Assembly: GCA_963713045.1 (NCBI GenBank)
Contig: CAVQKE010000001.1
Span: 320,001-384,000 of the forward strand
Source: an uncultured delta proteobacterium
GTDB lineage: Bacteria > Myxococcota > Myxococcia > Myxococcales > Myxococcaceae
Length of the DNA stretch: 64,000 nt
Direction of reading: 5' to 3'
Part shown: positions 38,354 through 49,006 of the stretch, in pieces
Layout: each line of letters starts with the position of its first letter
Numbering within the stretch: the stretch's first letter is position 1
The notes under the pieces: model-generated
Database searches by the model: none
What the model saw: the letters and a program-made list of their open reading frames with translations, nothing else
Told to the model about the DNA's origin: nothing
Made by a program: the position numbers and the translations under genes

Positions 38354-40175
38354 CGCGTCGCCCTCCGCCGCCGCGTCACCAGGACCCCCACCGCCAGCGC
38401 CAGCGCTGGGGCGAGGAACAGGGTGGCGTAAAACCACAGCACGTCCTGACCGCGGGTGTGCTGCATCGGGACGTCGACCTCGCTGCTAGGCGCCCCAATG
38501 GCGTCCTCGCCAAGCAACCAGCGGACCGAGTCCAGGGCGAAGGTCCGGTTGCCAATATTGCCCTCCATCGCCACGTCGGTGAGCACATCCGAGTCGGCGA
38601 CCACCACCGCTCGGCCGTCCGCTCCGTCCTTACGCTGAAGCGTGACTGCGGCGGCGAGCTCCCATGGCCGCCTCTTTCCGACCCGCGGCTCGAAGGTGAA
38701 ATTGCCCTGAAGGTCCCGGAAGGTGTCCGGCAGCGCCATCACCGTAAAATCAACCACCGTCCCTGCCGGCTTCTGTTTGAGCACTTCGAGCGAGCCAGCG
38801 GTGATGAAAAGCATCGGCGCCGAGACGCTCAACTTGGCGAGCGTGGCCACTGACGGGTGGAAAGAATAGGTGGCGGTCACCAGCAGCGCCCGGTCGCTCG
38901 GTTGGTGCGAGCGCGGAACGTAGACGCGGTCATTCGCCAAAATGGTCGGGACGAAGCGGACCCCCAGCGGCTGCAGCAACGCATCGAAAGACTCGCCGAC
39001 CTCCGGGTCCAACGCGATGAGCAGCCGCCCCCCCCGCGAATGTAGCGGTTGAGCGCCTGGATTTCCTCGGTGAGAAACGCCGAAGTGGGCCCGAGGATGA
39101 GGACTGCCCCGGCATCCTTCGGCACCTCGCTGGCCAATCCCTCGGCGAGACCGAGCGGGCGGAGCTCGTCATTTTGGGCCTTCAACAGCTCGCGCAGCAC
39201 GCGGACGGTGCCTCGCGCGTCCAGTGAGTCGACGTTTTGCTCCAGCCGCTCCCCGTGCCCGCTGGTGAGGTAGAGAATTTGTCGGGCGCGGGCGACCGCG
39301 GCGAGACGCTTGGAAACTTCGGCGTCCAGCGCACGGAGCTCGCCCCGGGCCAGCTCCATTTCCAGCCCTGCAACGTAAACCTCCTTTCGGGCACCTCGAC
39401 TGACCACCACCGAGCCATTGGCGGTCACACCCAGTTCCCGAGCGCGCGCCAAGTCGATGGCCTGGTCGAGAAAGCGGACTTCGAGGCGCGGGTTTTCGCG
39501 CGCTAAGTCCTTCGCGTACTCCCCGACTGCCGCCCCGACGTCGTTTCCGGGGGGAAAGAAAAGCGTCAGCGCCACCGGCTCCGTCAATCCCCGGACGATG
39601 GCGCGCGTTGCCTCGCTTGGTCGCGCGGTCCGGAAATAGGAGAGGTCCACCTTCGCGTCGCGGGCGTCGGCCACCCAGCCCAGCGCCAGGGCAGAAACCA
39701 GCACCGACGCCAAGCCCACCCCTGAGAGCACTGCGTCCTGCACCCGATGCTCCTCCACCGTCGGGGCTCGCGCCATGGAGGCGAACGCCAGCTCGCCCAG
39801 CGCCAAGGGAAGCAGGGAGAACACGGAAAGCAGCGCACAGAGGATGCGAAAGGCCACTGCCAGTCGCGGCGCGGACTGCGAGAGGTCGGGGCCGCCGAGA
39901 CGGGGCAAGAGGTCCGACTGAAGGAAATAGGCCAGCAGGGCCAACAGGCCGACCGCCTGCAGGGCAGCAAATGTCCGTTCCACGGACGCCCGGCGGTCGT
40001 CCTCCTCGGAGCTGGAGCGCCCCAAACGCAGGGCAAAGGTACCGAGCGCCAACAGGACCCCCAGCGCGGTGCACACAACTCGCGCCTCGCCTGCCCCCAC
40101 CAGCCGCTCGCCGATGAAGACGGCGGTCATGCCCGCGGCGAAGGCCACCGAAAGCCAAGCGCTCCGTGGACTCAT
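38350..40175 (-). pseudogene. GldG-like ABC auxiliary component, frameshifted at a G8 run (probable sequencing error)
   Basis: YLTSGHGE and LILGP motifs. C8 at 39028-39035; adding one G gives RYIRGGGRLLIALDP and joins ORF 38350-39012. Confidence 0.8.
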
Positions 40176-40900
40176 CGCCACCGTCGGGCCTCCACCACCC
40201 GGGTGGCCGCGAAGAGCAGCACCCACGTCACGAGCAAGTAGTAGGCGACGTCGCGAAGGTGCACCACCCCGGACTGAAAGGGGACGAAGTGGAGGTTGTG
40301 CAGCGCCAGCGCGGCAAATAGCCCTGCAAAGGGCGGTTCAGCCACTCGGGAAACCTGCCACGTCACGAGGAGCGCCACCAGCAGCGCCCCTCCGAGGATG
40401 CCGGCTACAATTTGGCTGCGGGCCAGGGCGGAGGCGAATGTGCCCAGCGCCACACAGGCCGAGGCCAACAGGAACAGGCCCAGGTAGCCGGCGAGCAGGT
40501 GGCCAAAGGACACTTTGCCATGGATGAGGATGAGCAGCGGCATGTAGGCGGTGAGCAACGTCAGGCCCCACAGGAACGTCAGGCCGGCGATGAACTTGCC
40601 GACGACAATCTCCACGTCGCGAACCGGTGAGGCGTACAACAATGGCAGCGTTCCAGCCTGGCGCTCCTCGGCGAGCAGCCGCATCGAGACGAAGATGGCT
40701 GCCACCATGGTGGTTCCGCTGGAGAAGTAGAAGAAGCGGGTGAGCACCTCAGCGGAACGGCGGACCCCTTCCAAAGCAAAGGCATTGAAAAGGAGCCCGT
40801 CCACCGCAAGCACCGCGGCGAGGATGACCCAGCCGGCCATCGTGCCCACCATCGCCAACAGCTCGCGGCGCGCGATGAGGACCACCTTGGTCGGGCTCAA
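40172..40900 (-). CDS. ABC-2 permease (GldF-like)
   Basis: IARREL, SMRLLAEERQAGT, IVVGKF and SQIVA motifs. Confidence 0.92.
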   Translation of the reverse strand: MSPTKVVLIARRELLAMVGTMAGWVILAAVLAVDGLLFNAFALEGVRRSAEVLTRFFYFSSGTTMVAAIFVSMRLLAEERQAGTLPLLYASPVRDVEIVVGKFIAGLTFLWGLTLLTAYMPLLILIHGKVSFGHLLAGYLGLFLLASACVALGTFASALARSQIVAGILGGALLVALLVTWQVSRVAEPPFAGLFAALALHNLHFVPFQSGVVHLRDVAYYLLVTWVLLFAATRVVEARRWR

Positions 40901-41829
40901 GTCTCCATCCCTCGGGTGAGCCGCAGGAAGAGGGATTCGAGACGGTCCTGACCGACGTCGAGCCGCACCAAATCCAGACCCGCGGCCACAATGGCGCGGG
41001 CCAGTGCCGGACGAAGCGCTTCCTCCGCATCGACCTGTAACTCAACGCGGTCTTCCTCGACCGATGTCACCGTCACCCGTTTCACTCCGGGCACTGTCCG
41101 CAAGGCGGTCTCCGCAGGAGCGGCGGCACCGCGCACCTGCACCACCACCGAACCGCTTCCGCCCAGCCGTTGCTCCAACTCGTGCTCGGTTCCCTGAGCG
41201 ACGAGCTCGCCGTCTCGAACGACCAGCAGCCGGTCGCAGGTCTGGGCAATCTCGGGAAGAATGTGGCTGCTGACCAGCACGGTGTGCGTCGTGCGTAAAC
41301 TGCGGAGCAAGGCGCGCATCTCAATTATCTGGGCGGGATCCAGCCCCTTGCTCGGCTCGTCGAGCAGCAGGACCGAAGGGTTGTGAACCAGTGCTTGCGC
41401 GACCCCCACCCGCTGCCGGTAGCCGTGGCTGAGCGCGCCCAAAAGTTCACCGTGCACGCTGCGCACGTCGGTACGCTCCTCCACCGCCTCCACCGCCGCG
41501 CGCGACCGTTCCTTGGGGACGCCATGCAGCTCGGCGACGAATTTGAGGTATTCCCCCACCGTCATCTCGTCATAGAGCGGCGGTTGCTCGGGCAAATACC
41601 CAATGCGCTGCTTCAGGCTGAGCGGTGCTCCGGCCACATCCATCCCATCAATGCGTACCGTGCCCGAGGAGGGCAAAAGAACCGCCGCCAGAATTTTGAG
41701 CGTGGTTGTCTTCCCCGCCCCGTTCAGGCCGAGAAAGCCCACCACCTCACCCGAGGCAATCTGAAAGCTGAGGTCCCGAACGGCGGCGCGCGCCCCGTAG
41801 TACTTGGTGAGACCGTCCACCTGAATCAT
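40897..41829 (-). CDS. ABC ATP-binding protein (GldA-like)
   Basis: GLNGAGKTT, LSHGYRQR, LLDEP and SSH motifs. Confidence 0.95.
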   Translation of the reverse strand: MIQVDGLTKYYGARAAVRDLSFQIASGEVVGFLGLNGAGKTTTLKILAAVLLPSSGTVRIDGMDVAGAPLSLKQRIGYLPEQPPLYDEMTVGEYLKFVAELHGVPKERSRAAVEAVEERTDVRSVHGELLGALSHGYRQRVGVAQALVHNPSVLLLDEPSKGLDPAQIIEMRALLRSLRTTHTVLVSSHILPEIAQTCDRLLVVRDGELVAQGTEHELEQRLGGSGSVVVQVRGAAAPAETALRTVPGVKRVTVTSVEEDRVELQVDAEEALRPALARAIVAAGLDLVRLDVGQDRLESLFLRLTRGMET

Positions 41830-41956
41830 GTCTGTCCCCTCTTTTCAGAGCGACTTGGTAGCGTCAAGGCTGGCGCGCATGTGGGTCTCCCGGTGGGCAC
41901 TTCGCCGCCCGGTTGCGGTTCGACCTGGGAAGCGCGGCTGGCGGTGCGACGTGCCG

Positions 41957-43309
41957 TCAAGCGCCGCTGGGGAGGCGGTCCATTCCGAGGCAGAAGCGCA
42001 AGGCCTCGCGAAGCGCTGGCCAGCGGAAGGTGAAGCCTGCCGCGAGCAGTGCCCGAGGCATCACCCGTGCCGAGGCCAGGACGGTCTCGGTTCCCATCTC
42101 GCCGAAGAGGGCCTGCACCGCTGCGGTGGGGACTGGGACCGCCGTGGGCCGGTGCAGCACTTCGCCGAGGACCTCGGTGAAGGCTTGGTTGGAGGCAGCC
42201 TCGGGCGCGGTCAGGTTGAGGGCACCTCGCACGTCCGGTCGACGTAAGGCGAGGTGAATTGCGCCAAGGGCGTCCTCCAGCGCTATCCAGCTGTAGTACT
42301 GCTTCCCCGACCCGACGCGGCCCCCCAATCCAGCCCGGAAGACGGGCGCCAGTTTGGCCAGCGCGCCGCCATTTGGACTGAGCACCAGGCCCGTGCGGAG
42401 CGAAACCACCCGCGTGCCAAAGTCCTCGGCGCCCAGCGCCGCCGCTTCCCAGGCCTGACAGACTTCCGCCAGGAAGCCCTGGCCGGCAACAGAAGATTCC
42501 TCGAGCGTTTCGCTGCCGCGGTCGCCGTACAGCCCAGTGGCGGACGCCGCCAGCAGCACCGGCGGCGGGCGCGCGCAGCGGCGCATCGCGTCCACCAACC
42601 GCGCCGTTCCCTCCACGCGGCTGTTGCGAATCTCCTCCTTACGGGCGGCGTTCCACCGGCCGCCCGCAATGGACGCGCCGGCGAGGTGCACCACGGCGTC
42701 CAGCCCCTCGAGGAGTTCTGGGGCGAGCCCGGTGCGAGGGAGGGGCTTGACCCAATGCCCACCGGTGGTGAGGAAGTGCTTCAACGCCGTCCCCATGAAG
42801 CCATGGGAGCCGGTCATCCCCACCCGGAGCGGCGGCCCGGGGAGCGCGTGGTGGCGAGCCAAGTCGGCCGCCAGCAGGGCGTGTCGGTAGGCGAAGACGG
42901 ACTGGAGCTTGCTTCTCACCAAGGCGCCCCCGCTGAGCGCGCCCAGCCACCCGAGGGGTAGCCGGTAGTGAACGTCGTCTTCGAGAAAGGAGCGGTCCCG
43001 GCCGTCTGGCACCATGCGGTGCGAATGCTCCCAGAAGGCGAACGGGCCGGACGCCTGACGGTCACTGAAGGAGACACCGTCCTCGAGCGCGGTGTGCACC
43101 GCAACCCACGTCCGCGGCACCGGCCCCAGCTGGACGCGCAGCACAGTACGCCCCCCGACGGCAGTGCCAGCCGGGGACTCGAGCACCTGCACCTTCTCAA
43201 ACGGCGGCGTTAGCCTTTCAACGGCACCCGGTCGGGCATGCCAGTCGAAGAGGGAGCGCGCGCTGCAGGGCATGGGGCTGCGGGCCAGGTAGCGCTCCGT
43301 CTGCGACAT
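41957..43309 (-). CDS. SRPBCC domain fused to a TIGR01777 (YfcH-like) epimerase-family oxidoreductase
   Basis: N-terminal FDWH..RLTPP..GPFAFWEH; then TGSHGFMG, HLAG, GSGKQYYSWI. Confidence 0.9.
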   Translation of the reverse strand: MSQTERYLARSPMPCSARSLFDWHARPGAVERLTPPFEKVQVLESPAGTAVGGRTVLRVQLGPVPRTWVAVHTALEDGVSFSDRQASGPFAFWEHSHRMVPDGRDRSFLEDDVHYRLPLGWLGALSGGALVRSKLQSVFAYRHALLAADLARHHALPGPPLRVGMTGSHGFMGTALKHFLTTGGHWVKPLPRTGLAPELLEGLDAVVHLAGASIAGGRWNAARKEEIRNSRVEGTARLVDAMRRCARPPPVLLAASATGLYGDRGSETLEESSVAGQGFLAEVCQAWEAAALGAEDFGTRVVSLRTGLVLSPNGGALAKLAPVFRAGLGGRVGSGKQYYSWIALEDALGAIHLALRRPDVRGALNLTAPEAASNQAFTEVLGEVLHRPTAVPVPTAAVQALFGEMGTETVLASARVMPRALLAAGFTFRWPALREALRFCLGMDRLPSGA

Positions 43310-43405
43310 GAATTTCCAGCTCCTCCCCCGCAGGGCCCGCGCCCCCGGGGCATTGTTCCCAACCCGCGTGCATGCTTACTAGCGCCCCGGAGGAGAGGAT
43401 TCACC

Positions 43406-44395
43406 TTGCCCAAAATTTTCCCCGTCCCGCAGCCACCGACCGCCGAAGCGTTGCAGCGGGCGGTACAGGTGCTTCGCCGCGGGGGATTGTTGGGACTGCC
43501 CACAGAGACTGTCTATGGGCTTGCGGCAGACGCCGAAAACGAACTGGCTGTCCGCCGAATTTTCGCCGCCAAGGGGCGTCCCTCCACCCATCCCCTCATC
43601 GTCCACTTGCCGCACGCCGCGGCGGTGACGGATTGGGTGGCCCGCCTGCCGCCCGAGGCCGCGTCCTTGGCCGAGGCCTTTTGGCCGGGGCCGTTGACGC
43701 TGGTCTTGCCGCGGTCGACCAGGGCCTCAGACGCCGTCACCGGGGGGCAAGGCACCCTGGCAGTGCGCGTCCCGGCGCACCCGGTTGCGCAAGCTGTGCT
43801 GCGCGCCTTCGGGGGCGGGTTGGCGGCTCCCAGTGCCAACCGGTTTGGCCGGGTGTCCCCCACCCGCGCCGAGCACGTGATGGCTGACCTCGGCGGTGCC
43901 GTGGACTTTATCCTCGACGGCGGCCCTTCGAGCGTTGGTGTGGAGTCCACCATCGTTGACTTGAGCGCAGACGCCCCCGCACTGCTGCGCCCGGGCGGAG
44001 TGACGCGCGAGGCACTGGAGCAGGTGCTGGGGCGAGCCCTTCTCAGCCGGGAGACGGCCGAGGTCCGAGTGCCGGGCATGTTGCCCTCCCATTACGCACC
44101 GCGCGCCGGCCTCGTCCTGGCGAGCCGAGACCAGGCAAGAGGCGTGGCCTCCCAGCTTCTTGGCTCGGGTCGGCGCGTGGCCCTCTGTGCTCCCGCGGAC
44201 CTGGCTCCCCCGGAGGGCGTGGTGCACCTGCATGCGCCGGAGGACGTCCAGGCACTGGCCCGCGCCCTGTACGACGTCCTTCGCGCCGTCGACGCGGCGG
44301 GTGTGGACGTCGCGGTGATGGTGACGCCCGATGAAGGAGGGCTGGGCCTGGCGGTGCTCGACCGGCTGCGGCGCGCGGCTGCACCGCGAGCCTGA
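43406..44395 (+). CDS. sua5: L-threonylcarbamoyladenylate synthase (Sua5 type)
   Basis: PTETVYGL, KGRP..HPLIVH, APSAN, GVEST and PGML.SHYAP; TTG start after AGGAGAGG. Confidence 0.94.
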   Translation: MPKIFPVPQPPTAEALQRAVQVLRRGGLLGLPTETVYGLAADAENELAVRRIFAAKGRPSTHPLIVHLPHAAAVTDWVARLPPEAASLAEAFWPGPLTLVLPRSTRASDAVTGGQGTLAVRVPAHPVAQAVLRAFGGGLAAPSANRFGRVSPTRAEHVMADLGGAVDFILDGGPSSVGVESTIVDLSADAPALLRPGGVTREALEQVLGRALLSRETAEVRVPGMLPSHYAPRAGLVLASRDQARGVASQLLGSGRRVALCAPADLAPPEGVVHLHAPEDVQALARALYDVLRAVDAAGVDVAVMVTPDEGGLGLAVLDRLRRAAAPRA

Positions 44396-44417
44396 AGCGC
44401 TCCTCTCGAGCGCTCTG

Positions 44418-45470
44418 CTAAGCTGCGGCTTCCCCAGCGCCGAGCAGCGGGTCGCGCACCATCTGCACCAGTGCACGCACCCAAGCTGGGTGGGCATTGA
44501 GACTGGGGACCAAGGTGAGGGACTCCCCGCCGGCGCGAAGGAAGTCCGCCCTGGCCCGAATGCCGATTTCCTCTTCCGTCTCGAGACAATCGGCGACGAA
44601 GGCTGGGCACACGACGGCAAGACGACGGACGCCCTTCTGCACCAATTGTGGAAGCAGCAAGTCGGTGTAAGGCTTCAGCCATGGCGTCCGGCCGAGGCGA
44701 GACTGGAAGCTGACGGTGGTGTGCTCCGGCGCAAGGCCCAGTCGACTGGTCAGTGAGCGTGCAGTGCCGAAGCACTGAAATCGGTAGCACCACTGGTTCT
44801 CGGCAACCGGACCGTCACAGCAGCTGGGAGACTGCAGGCAGTGCCGTCCGGACACGTCGCTCTTGCGGACTTGCCGTTCCGGCAGCCCGTGAAAGCTGAA
44901 CAGCACGTGGTCAGCCCGCGCCTCGCGAAGCGCGGGCCGCGCCACCTCCACCCAGGCGTCGAGGAAGGCGGGATGGTCGAAGAAGGGCGGCAAGACGCGC
45001 AGCGCGGGGACATTCCAGGCGGCTCCCACCAGCTGCTGGACGCGCTCCAGCGTGGAGCCAGTCGAACTCGAGGCGTACTGCGGGTACAGCGGCGCGAGGG
45101 TGATGGAGCGCGTGCCAGCGGCGGCAAGTCTCTGGAGGGCCACGTCCAGCGAGGGATTGCCGTAGCGCATCCCCAACTCGACCGCCCATCCTGGGCCAAG
45201 CGCCTCGGCCAGCTGCGTCGCCAGGTTACGGCTGTGGACCAGCAAGGGCGAGCCGGCTTCGGTCCATACCTTTCGGTAGGCCTCGGCCGAGCGAGCCGGG
45301 CGGCTGGGTAGAATGAAAAGTTCGAGCAGCGCCCAACGCAGCGGAGCCGCGATGTCGAGCACGCGGCCGTCGGATAAAAACTCGCGCAAATACCGGCGCA
45401 CCGCAGCTGTCGTCGGCGCGTCCGGCGTGCCGAGGTTCACCAGCAACAGGCCTTTTCGCTGGTCGGTCAA
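44418..45470 (-). CDS. hemH: Ferrochelatase with a Cys-rich [2Fe-2S]-type insert
   Basis: LLVNLGTP, GSPL, PLYPQY, FSFHGLP, FQSRLG and FVADCLET; insert C-x5-CC-x9-C-x4-C. Confidence 0.96.
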   Translation of the reverse strand: MTDQRKGLLLVNLGTPDAPTTAAVRRYLREFLSDGRVLDIAAPLRWALLELFILPSRPARSAEAYRKVWTEAGSPLLVHSRNLATQLAEALGPGWAVELGMRYGNPSLDVALQRLAAAGTRSITLAPLYPQYASSSTGSTLERVQQLVGAAWNVPALRVLPPFFDHPAFLDAWVEVARPALREARADHVLFSFHGLPERQVRKSDVSGRHCLQSPSCCDGPVAENQWCYRFQCFGTARSLTSRLGLAPEHTTVSFQSRLGRTPWLKPYTDLLLPQLVQKGVRRLAVVCPAFVADCLETEEEIGIRARADFLRAGGESLTLVPSLNAHPAWVRALVQMVRDPLLGAGEAAA

Positions 45471-45850
45471 TGCAGGGCGTGCGGTTGCGTGAGAGCAAAC
45501 TCGCTGATGAGGGCGTCGAAGCGCTTCCCGTTCGGCCTCTCCATCTGGTAGCTGCCGCGCATCGTCCCAAACGGCGTGCGCAACATGGCCCAGCTTGCGT
45601 ATTCGAAGCGCTCGCCGGGGTTGAGGTGAGGCTGCTTGCCCACCACTCCCTCCCCTCGCACTTCTTGAACGTAGCCGTTGGCGTCGGTAATCACCCAGTG
45701 CCGGGTGCGCAGGTGGGCCGGCTCATTGCCGAGGTTGACAATCTCCACGCGGTAATTGAAGGCAAACTGCCCGCTCTCCGGCGAGCTGCGCTCTGGCCAG
45801 AAGGCGGGCTTCACCGTGACTCGGATGCCGTCGGTGGTGGTGCTGGTCAT
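45467..45850 (-). CDS. apaG: ApaG protein
   Basis: RHWVITD, VRGEGVVGKQP and GTMRGSY motifs. Confidence 0.95.
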   Translation of the reverse strand: MTSTTTDGIRVTVKPAFWPERSSPESGQFAFNYRVEIVNLGNEPAHLRTRHWVITDANGYVQEVRGEGVVGKQPHLNPGERFEYASWAMLRTPFGTMRGSYQMERPNGKRFDALISEFALTQPHALH

Positions 45851-45909
45851 ACGGACGGCCGCTAGAATCCCAGGGACATCGCGCGGCTGCAACAGCCCCG
45901 GGTGCCGCG

Positions 45910-46833
45910 CTAGCCGTCCCGAGACGGCCGGACCCAAGAAGCGAGCACGGCCAGGCACAACATGCTGGCGATGACCAGCAGCGAGACCCACAGACGAAGC
46001 TGTACCCACGGCTCGACGAGCATTTTCGCGCCGATGAAGCCAAGCACCGCCGCCAGTGCCGGCTTCAAGTACACCAGCCGGCCCATCAGTCCCTCCAGAA
46101 CGAAGAACAGCGAGCGGAGCCCAATGACGGCGCACACGTTGCTCGCGTAGACGATGAAGGCGTCCTGGCTCATGCCCAGAACGGCAGGAATGGAGTCAAA
46201 GGCGAAGAGCAGGTCGGTGCTTTCCACCATCACCAGCACCAGAAACAGAGGTGTGAAGCGCCAGCGGCCGTCCTGATGGACGAGAAGGGCGAAGCCCGGT
46301 TTCGTCGTCTCCTCGGCGAGGGGCAAAAACCGCCGCGCGGCCCGCACCACGGCGTTCTCGCGCGGCACCAGTTCGGGTGCTTGCGGCTTGGAGACCAGCC
46401 TGACGGCGCTGAAAAGCAAGACACCGCCAAAGGGCACGAGGAGCCACTGGAAGCGGTGGACCAGGGACACCCCAGCGACGAGGAGGAAGCCACGCATCAC
46501 CACGGCGGCCAGCACACCCCACAGCAACAGCGGACGTCGGTGCTCCGGGCGAACGCGGAAGGCCGCGAACAGCAGGATGAAGACGAAGAGGTTGTCCGCG
46601 CTCAACGCGTATTCGACCAGGTAGCAGCTGAAGAATTGAAGTCCGGCCTCCGCACCGCGCAACCGCCACAGCGCGGCACCGAGGCCGAGGCTGAGGCCGA
46701 CCCACAGCGCCACCCAGCCCACGGCCTCGCGCTGCGAAGGGGCCTGCGCCTTGCGGCCGCTCACCGCGAGGTCGATGGCCAACACCACCAGCGTCCCGCC
46801 GGCGAACGCCGCCCAGGCTAGGCCACTCGACAA
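45910..46833 (-). CDS. TerC/Alx family metal homeostasis membrane protein
   Basis: EYALSADNLFVF, ESTDLLFAFDSIPA and SNVCAVIGLRSL motifs. Confidence 0.93.
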   Translation of the reverse strand: MSSGLAWAAFAGGTLVVLAIDLAVSGRKAQAPSQREAVGWVALWVGLSLGLGAALWRLRGAEAGLQFFSCYLVEYALSADNLFVFILLFAAFRVRPEHRRPLLLWGVLAAVVMRGFLLVAGVSLVHRFQWLLVPFGGVLLFSAVRLVSKPQAPELVPRENAVVRAARRFLPLAEETTKPGFALLVHQDGRWRFTPLFLVLVMVESTDLLFAFDSIPAVLGMSQDAFIVYASNVCAVIGLRSLFFVLEGLMGRLVYLKPALAAVLGFIGAKMLVEPWVQLRLWVSLLVIASMLCLAVLASWVRPSRDG

Positions 46834-46870
46834 TCGCCCCCCTCCGCTGGAGACGAACGGGCCATGACAT

Positions 46871-49006
46871 TCATCGATGCGCTGCGCGTCGGAGGACGAC
46901 CACCGCTCGGCCAGGCACCGTCACCAACTCGCCGGCCGGGTAGTCCTTGCGGCCGGCGCCATGTCCGTCGCTGGTGTCGAGCCACCACTCCCAGTCGTGC
47001 CCCCACTCCACCGCCGGGAGGACGAAGGGGACCGGGCCAGCCCCGGCGTTGAGGAGAATCAGCAGCGAGTCCCCGAGCCGCTTTTGCCCCCGTTCGTCGA
47101 ACTCGCCGATGGCGTCTCCTCCCAAGAGAAAGCCGAGGGCGCGCAGCACCGGCTTTTGCCAATCCGCCTGCTGCATTTCGCTTCCATCGGGCCGGAACCA
47201 GGCCACGTCCTTCAGTTGCGAGTCGAAAATGTGGTGGCCCTGGAAGAAGCCCCGCCGCATCAGCACCGGTTGCGAGAGACGGCCTCGAATCAAACTTCGC
47301 GTGAATTGCAGGAGTTGCTGGCGCTCCTCGTCGAGATTCCAGTCAACCCACGAAGTTTCGTTGTCCTGACTGTACGCATTGTTGTTGCCAAGCTGGGTGC
47401 GGCCCAACTCGTCTCCGGCGAGCAGCATCGGGACGCCCTGGCTCAGAAACAGCGTGGCCAGGAAGTTGCGCACCATCCGCTGTCGGAGGGCGTTGATGGC
47501 CGGGTCGGCAGTTTCCCCTTCCACGCCGCAATTTGAGGAGTCGTTGGAGTCGCTTCCGTCGCGATTGTCTTCGCCGTTGGCCTGATTCCTCTTGGTCTCA
47601 TACGTCACCAAGTCGCGCAGCGTGAAGCCGTCGTGCGCAGTGATGAAGTTGATGGAGGCGGTGGGCCCGCGACCTGACAGCTGAAACAAATCCGAGGAGC
47701 CAGTCAGCCGATAGCCAATTTCGGCAGCCAGGTTGTCATCGCCCTTCCAATAACGTCGGAAGGCGTCTCGGTATTTGTCATTCCATTCGCTGAAGTCGAC
47801 CGGGAAATTCCCCGACTGGTAGCCACCGGGCCCCAAGTCCCACGGCTCGGCGATGAGCTTCACCCGGCCCACCACCGGGTCCTGGTGCAGCGCTTGGAAG
47901 AAGGCCGCGGTGCGGGAAAAGGGGCCTGCCTGCCTTCCCAGCGAAGAGGCCAGGTCGAAGCGAAAGCCATCGACGTGCATCTGCTGCACCCAATAGCGCA
48001 GCGAATCCATGACCAGCATCAGCGTCTGAGGGTGCTCGACCTGGAGCGAGTTTCCGGTGCCCGCGACGTCGACATAGAAGCGTTTGTCCCCCGGGGTGAG
48101 TCGGTAATAGGTCGTGTTGTCCAGACCGCGGAAGCTCAGGGTTGGGCCCTGTTGGTTTCCTTCGGCAGTATGGTTGTAGACGACGTCGAGAATGACTTCG
48201 ATGCCGGCCCGGTGCAGCGCCTTCACCATGCCTTTGAATTCGTTGACGACGTTGCTCGGACCGCTGCAGGCGTGGGCGACGTCGGGTGCGAAGAAGCCGA
48301 TGGTGTTGTAACCCCAGTAATTCACCAGGCCGCGCTCGGCCAGGAAGCCTTCGTCGACTGCCTGCTGGACCGGCAGCAACTCCACCGCCGTGATGCCCAA
48401 GGACTGCAAGTGGGCGATGGCCGCCGGGTGGGCAAACCCGCCGTAGGTGCCGCGCAGGCTGGGTGGGACATCCGGGTGGCGCTTGGTGAAGCCCCGGACC
48501 TGGACCTCATAAAGGATGGAGCGCGGCCACGGAATGGCCGGGGGGGTGTCGCCTTCCCAGTCGAAGGTCTCATCCACCACCAGGCAACGCGGCATCGCAT
48601 CGGCACTGTCGGTGGAGTCGGGCGCAGCCTCGGCTAAGTCCTCCGAAGGCAGCAAGGTGCGGTGGGACAGGTTGGGACGGCCGGTGAGGACGCGGGCGTA
48701 GGGGTCGAGGAGAAGTTTGGCCGGGTTGAAGCGTAACCCGCGGTCCGGCGCCCACGGGCCGTAGACCCGTAGGCCGTAGAGGGTCCCCACTGGCAGGCCG
48801 GGGACATAGCCGTGGTGCACCGCACGCGTGACTGTTGGCAGCGTGAAGCGCTGCGTCTCGCGCAAAGGCTCCTCCTTGGCGAAGAGGCACACCTCCACCC
48901 GTTCCGCTGCCTCGGAGAACACGGCAAAGTTGATGCCACGCCCGTCCCAAGTCGCACCCAGCGGACGCGGGCTTCCGAGCCAGACTTCGGGCGCCGCTTG
49001 GTTCAT
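46871..49006 (-). CDS. glgX: Glycogen debranching enzyme (GH13 isoamylase)
   Basis: NYWGY, DVVYNH, DGFRFDLA, IAEPWD, TAHDGFTL and GNNNAY motifs. Confidence 0.97.
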   Translation of the reverse strand: MNQAAPEVWLGSPRPLGATWDGRGINFAVFSEAAERVEVCLFAKEEPLRETQRFTLPTVTRAVHHGYVPGLPVGTLYGLRVYGPWAPDRGLRFNPAKLLLDPYARVLTGRPNLSHRTLLPSEDLAEAAPDSTDSADAMPRCLVVDETFDWEGDTPPAIPWPRSILYEVQVRGFTKRHPDVPPSLRGTYGGFAHPAAIAHLQSLGITAVELLPVQQAVDEGFLAERGLVNYWGYNTIGFFAPDVAHACSGPSNVVNEFKGMVKALHRAGIEVILDVVYNHTAEGNQQGPTLSFRGLDNTTYYRLTPGDKRFYVDVAGTGNSLQVEHPQTLMLVMDSLRYWVQQMHVDGFRFDLASSLGRQAGPFSRTAAFFQALHQDPVVGRVKLIAEPWDLGPGGYQSGNFPVDFSEWNDKYRDAFRRYWKGDDNLAAEIGYRLTGSSDLFQLSGRGPTASINFITAHDGFTLRDLVTYETKRNQANGEDNRDGSDSNDSSNCGVEGETADPAINALRQRMVRNFLATLFLSQGVPMLLAGDELGRTQLGNNNAYSQDNETSWVDWNLDEERQQLLQFTRSLIRGRLSQPVLMRRGFFQGHHIFDSQLKDVAWFRPDGSEMQQADWQKPVLRALGFLLGGDAIGEFDERGQKRLGDSLLILLNAGAGPVPFVLPAVEWGHDWEWWLDTSDGHGAGRKDYPAGELVTVPGRAVVVLRRAAHR

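Noticed and set aside
46834..46870. yybP-ykoY (Mn) riboswitch before terC
   Set aside because: The 37-nt gap is too short.
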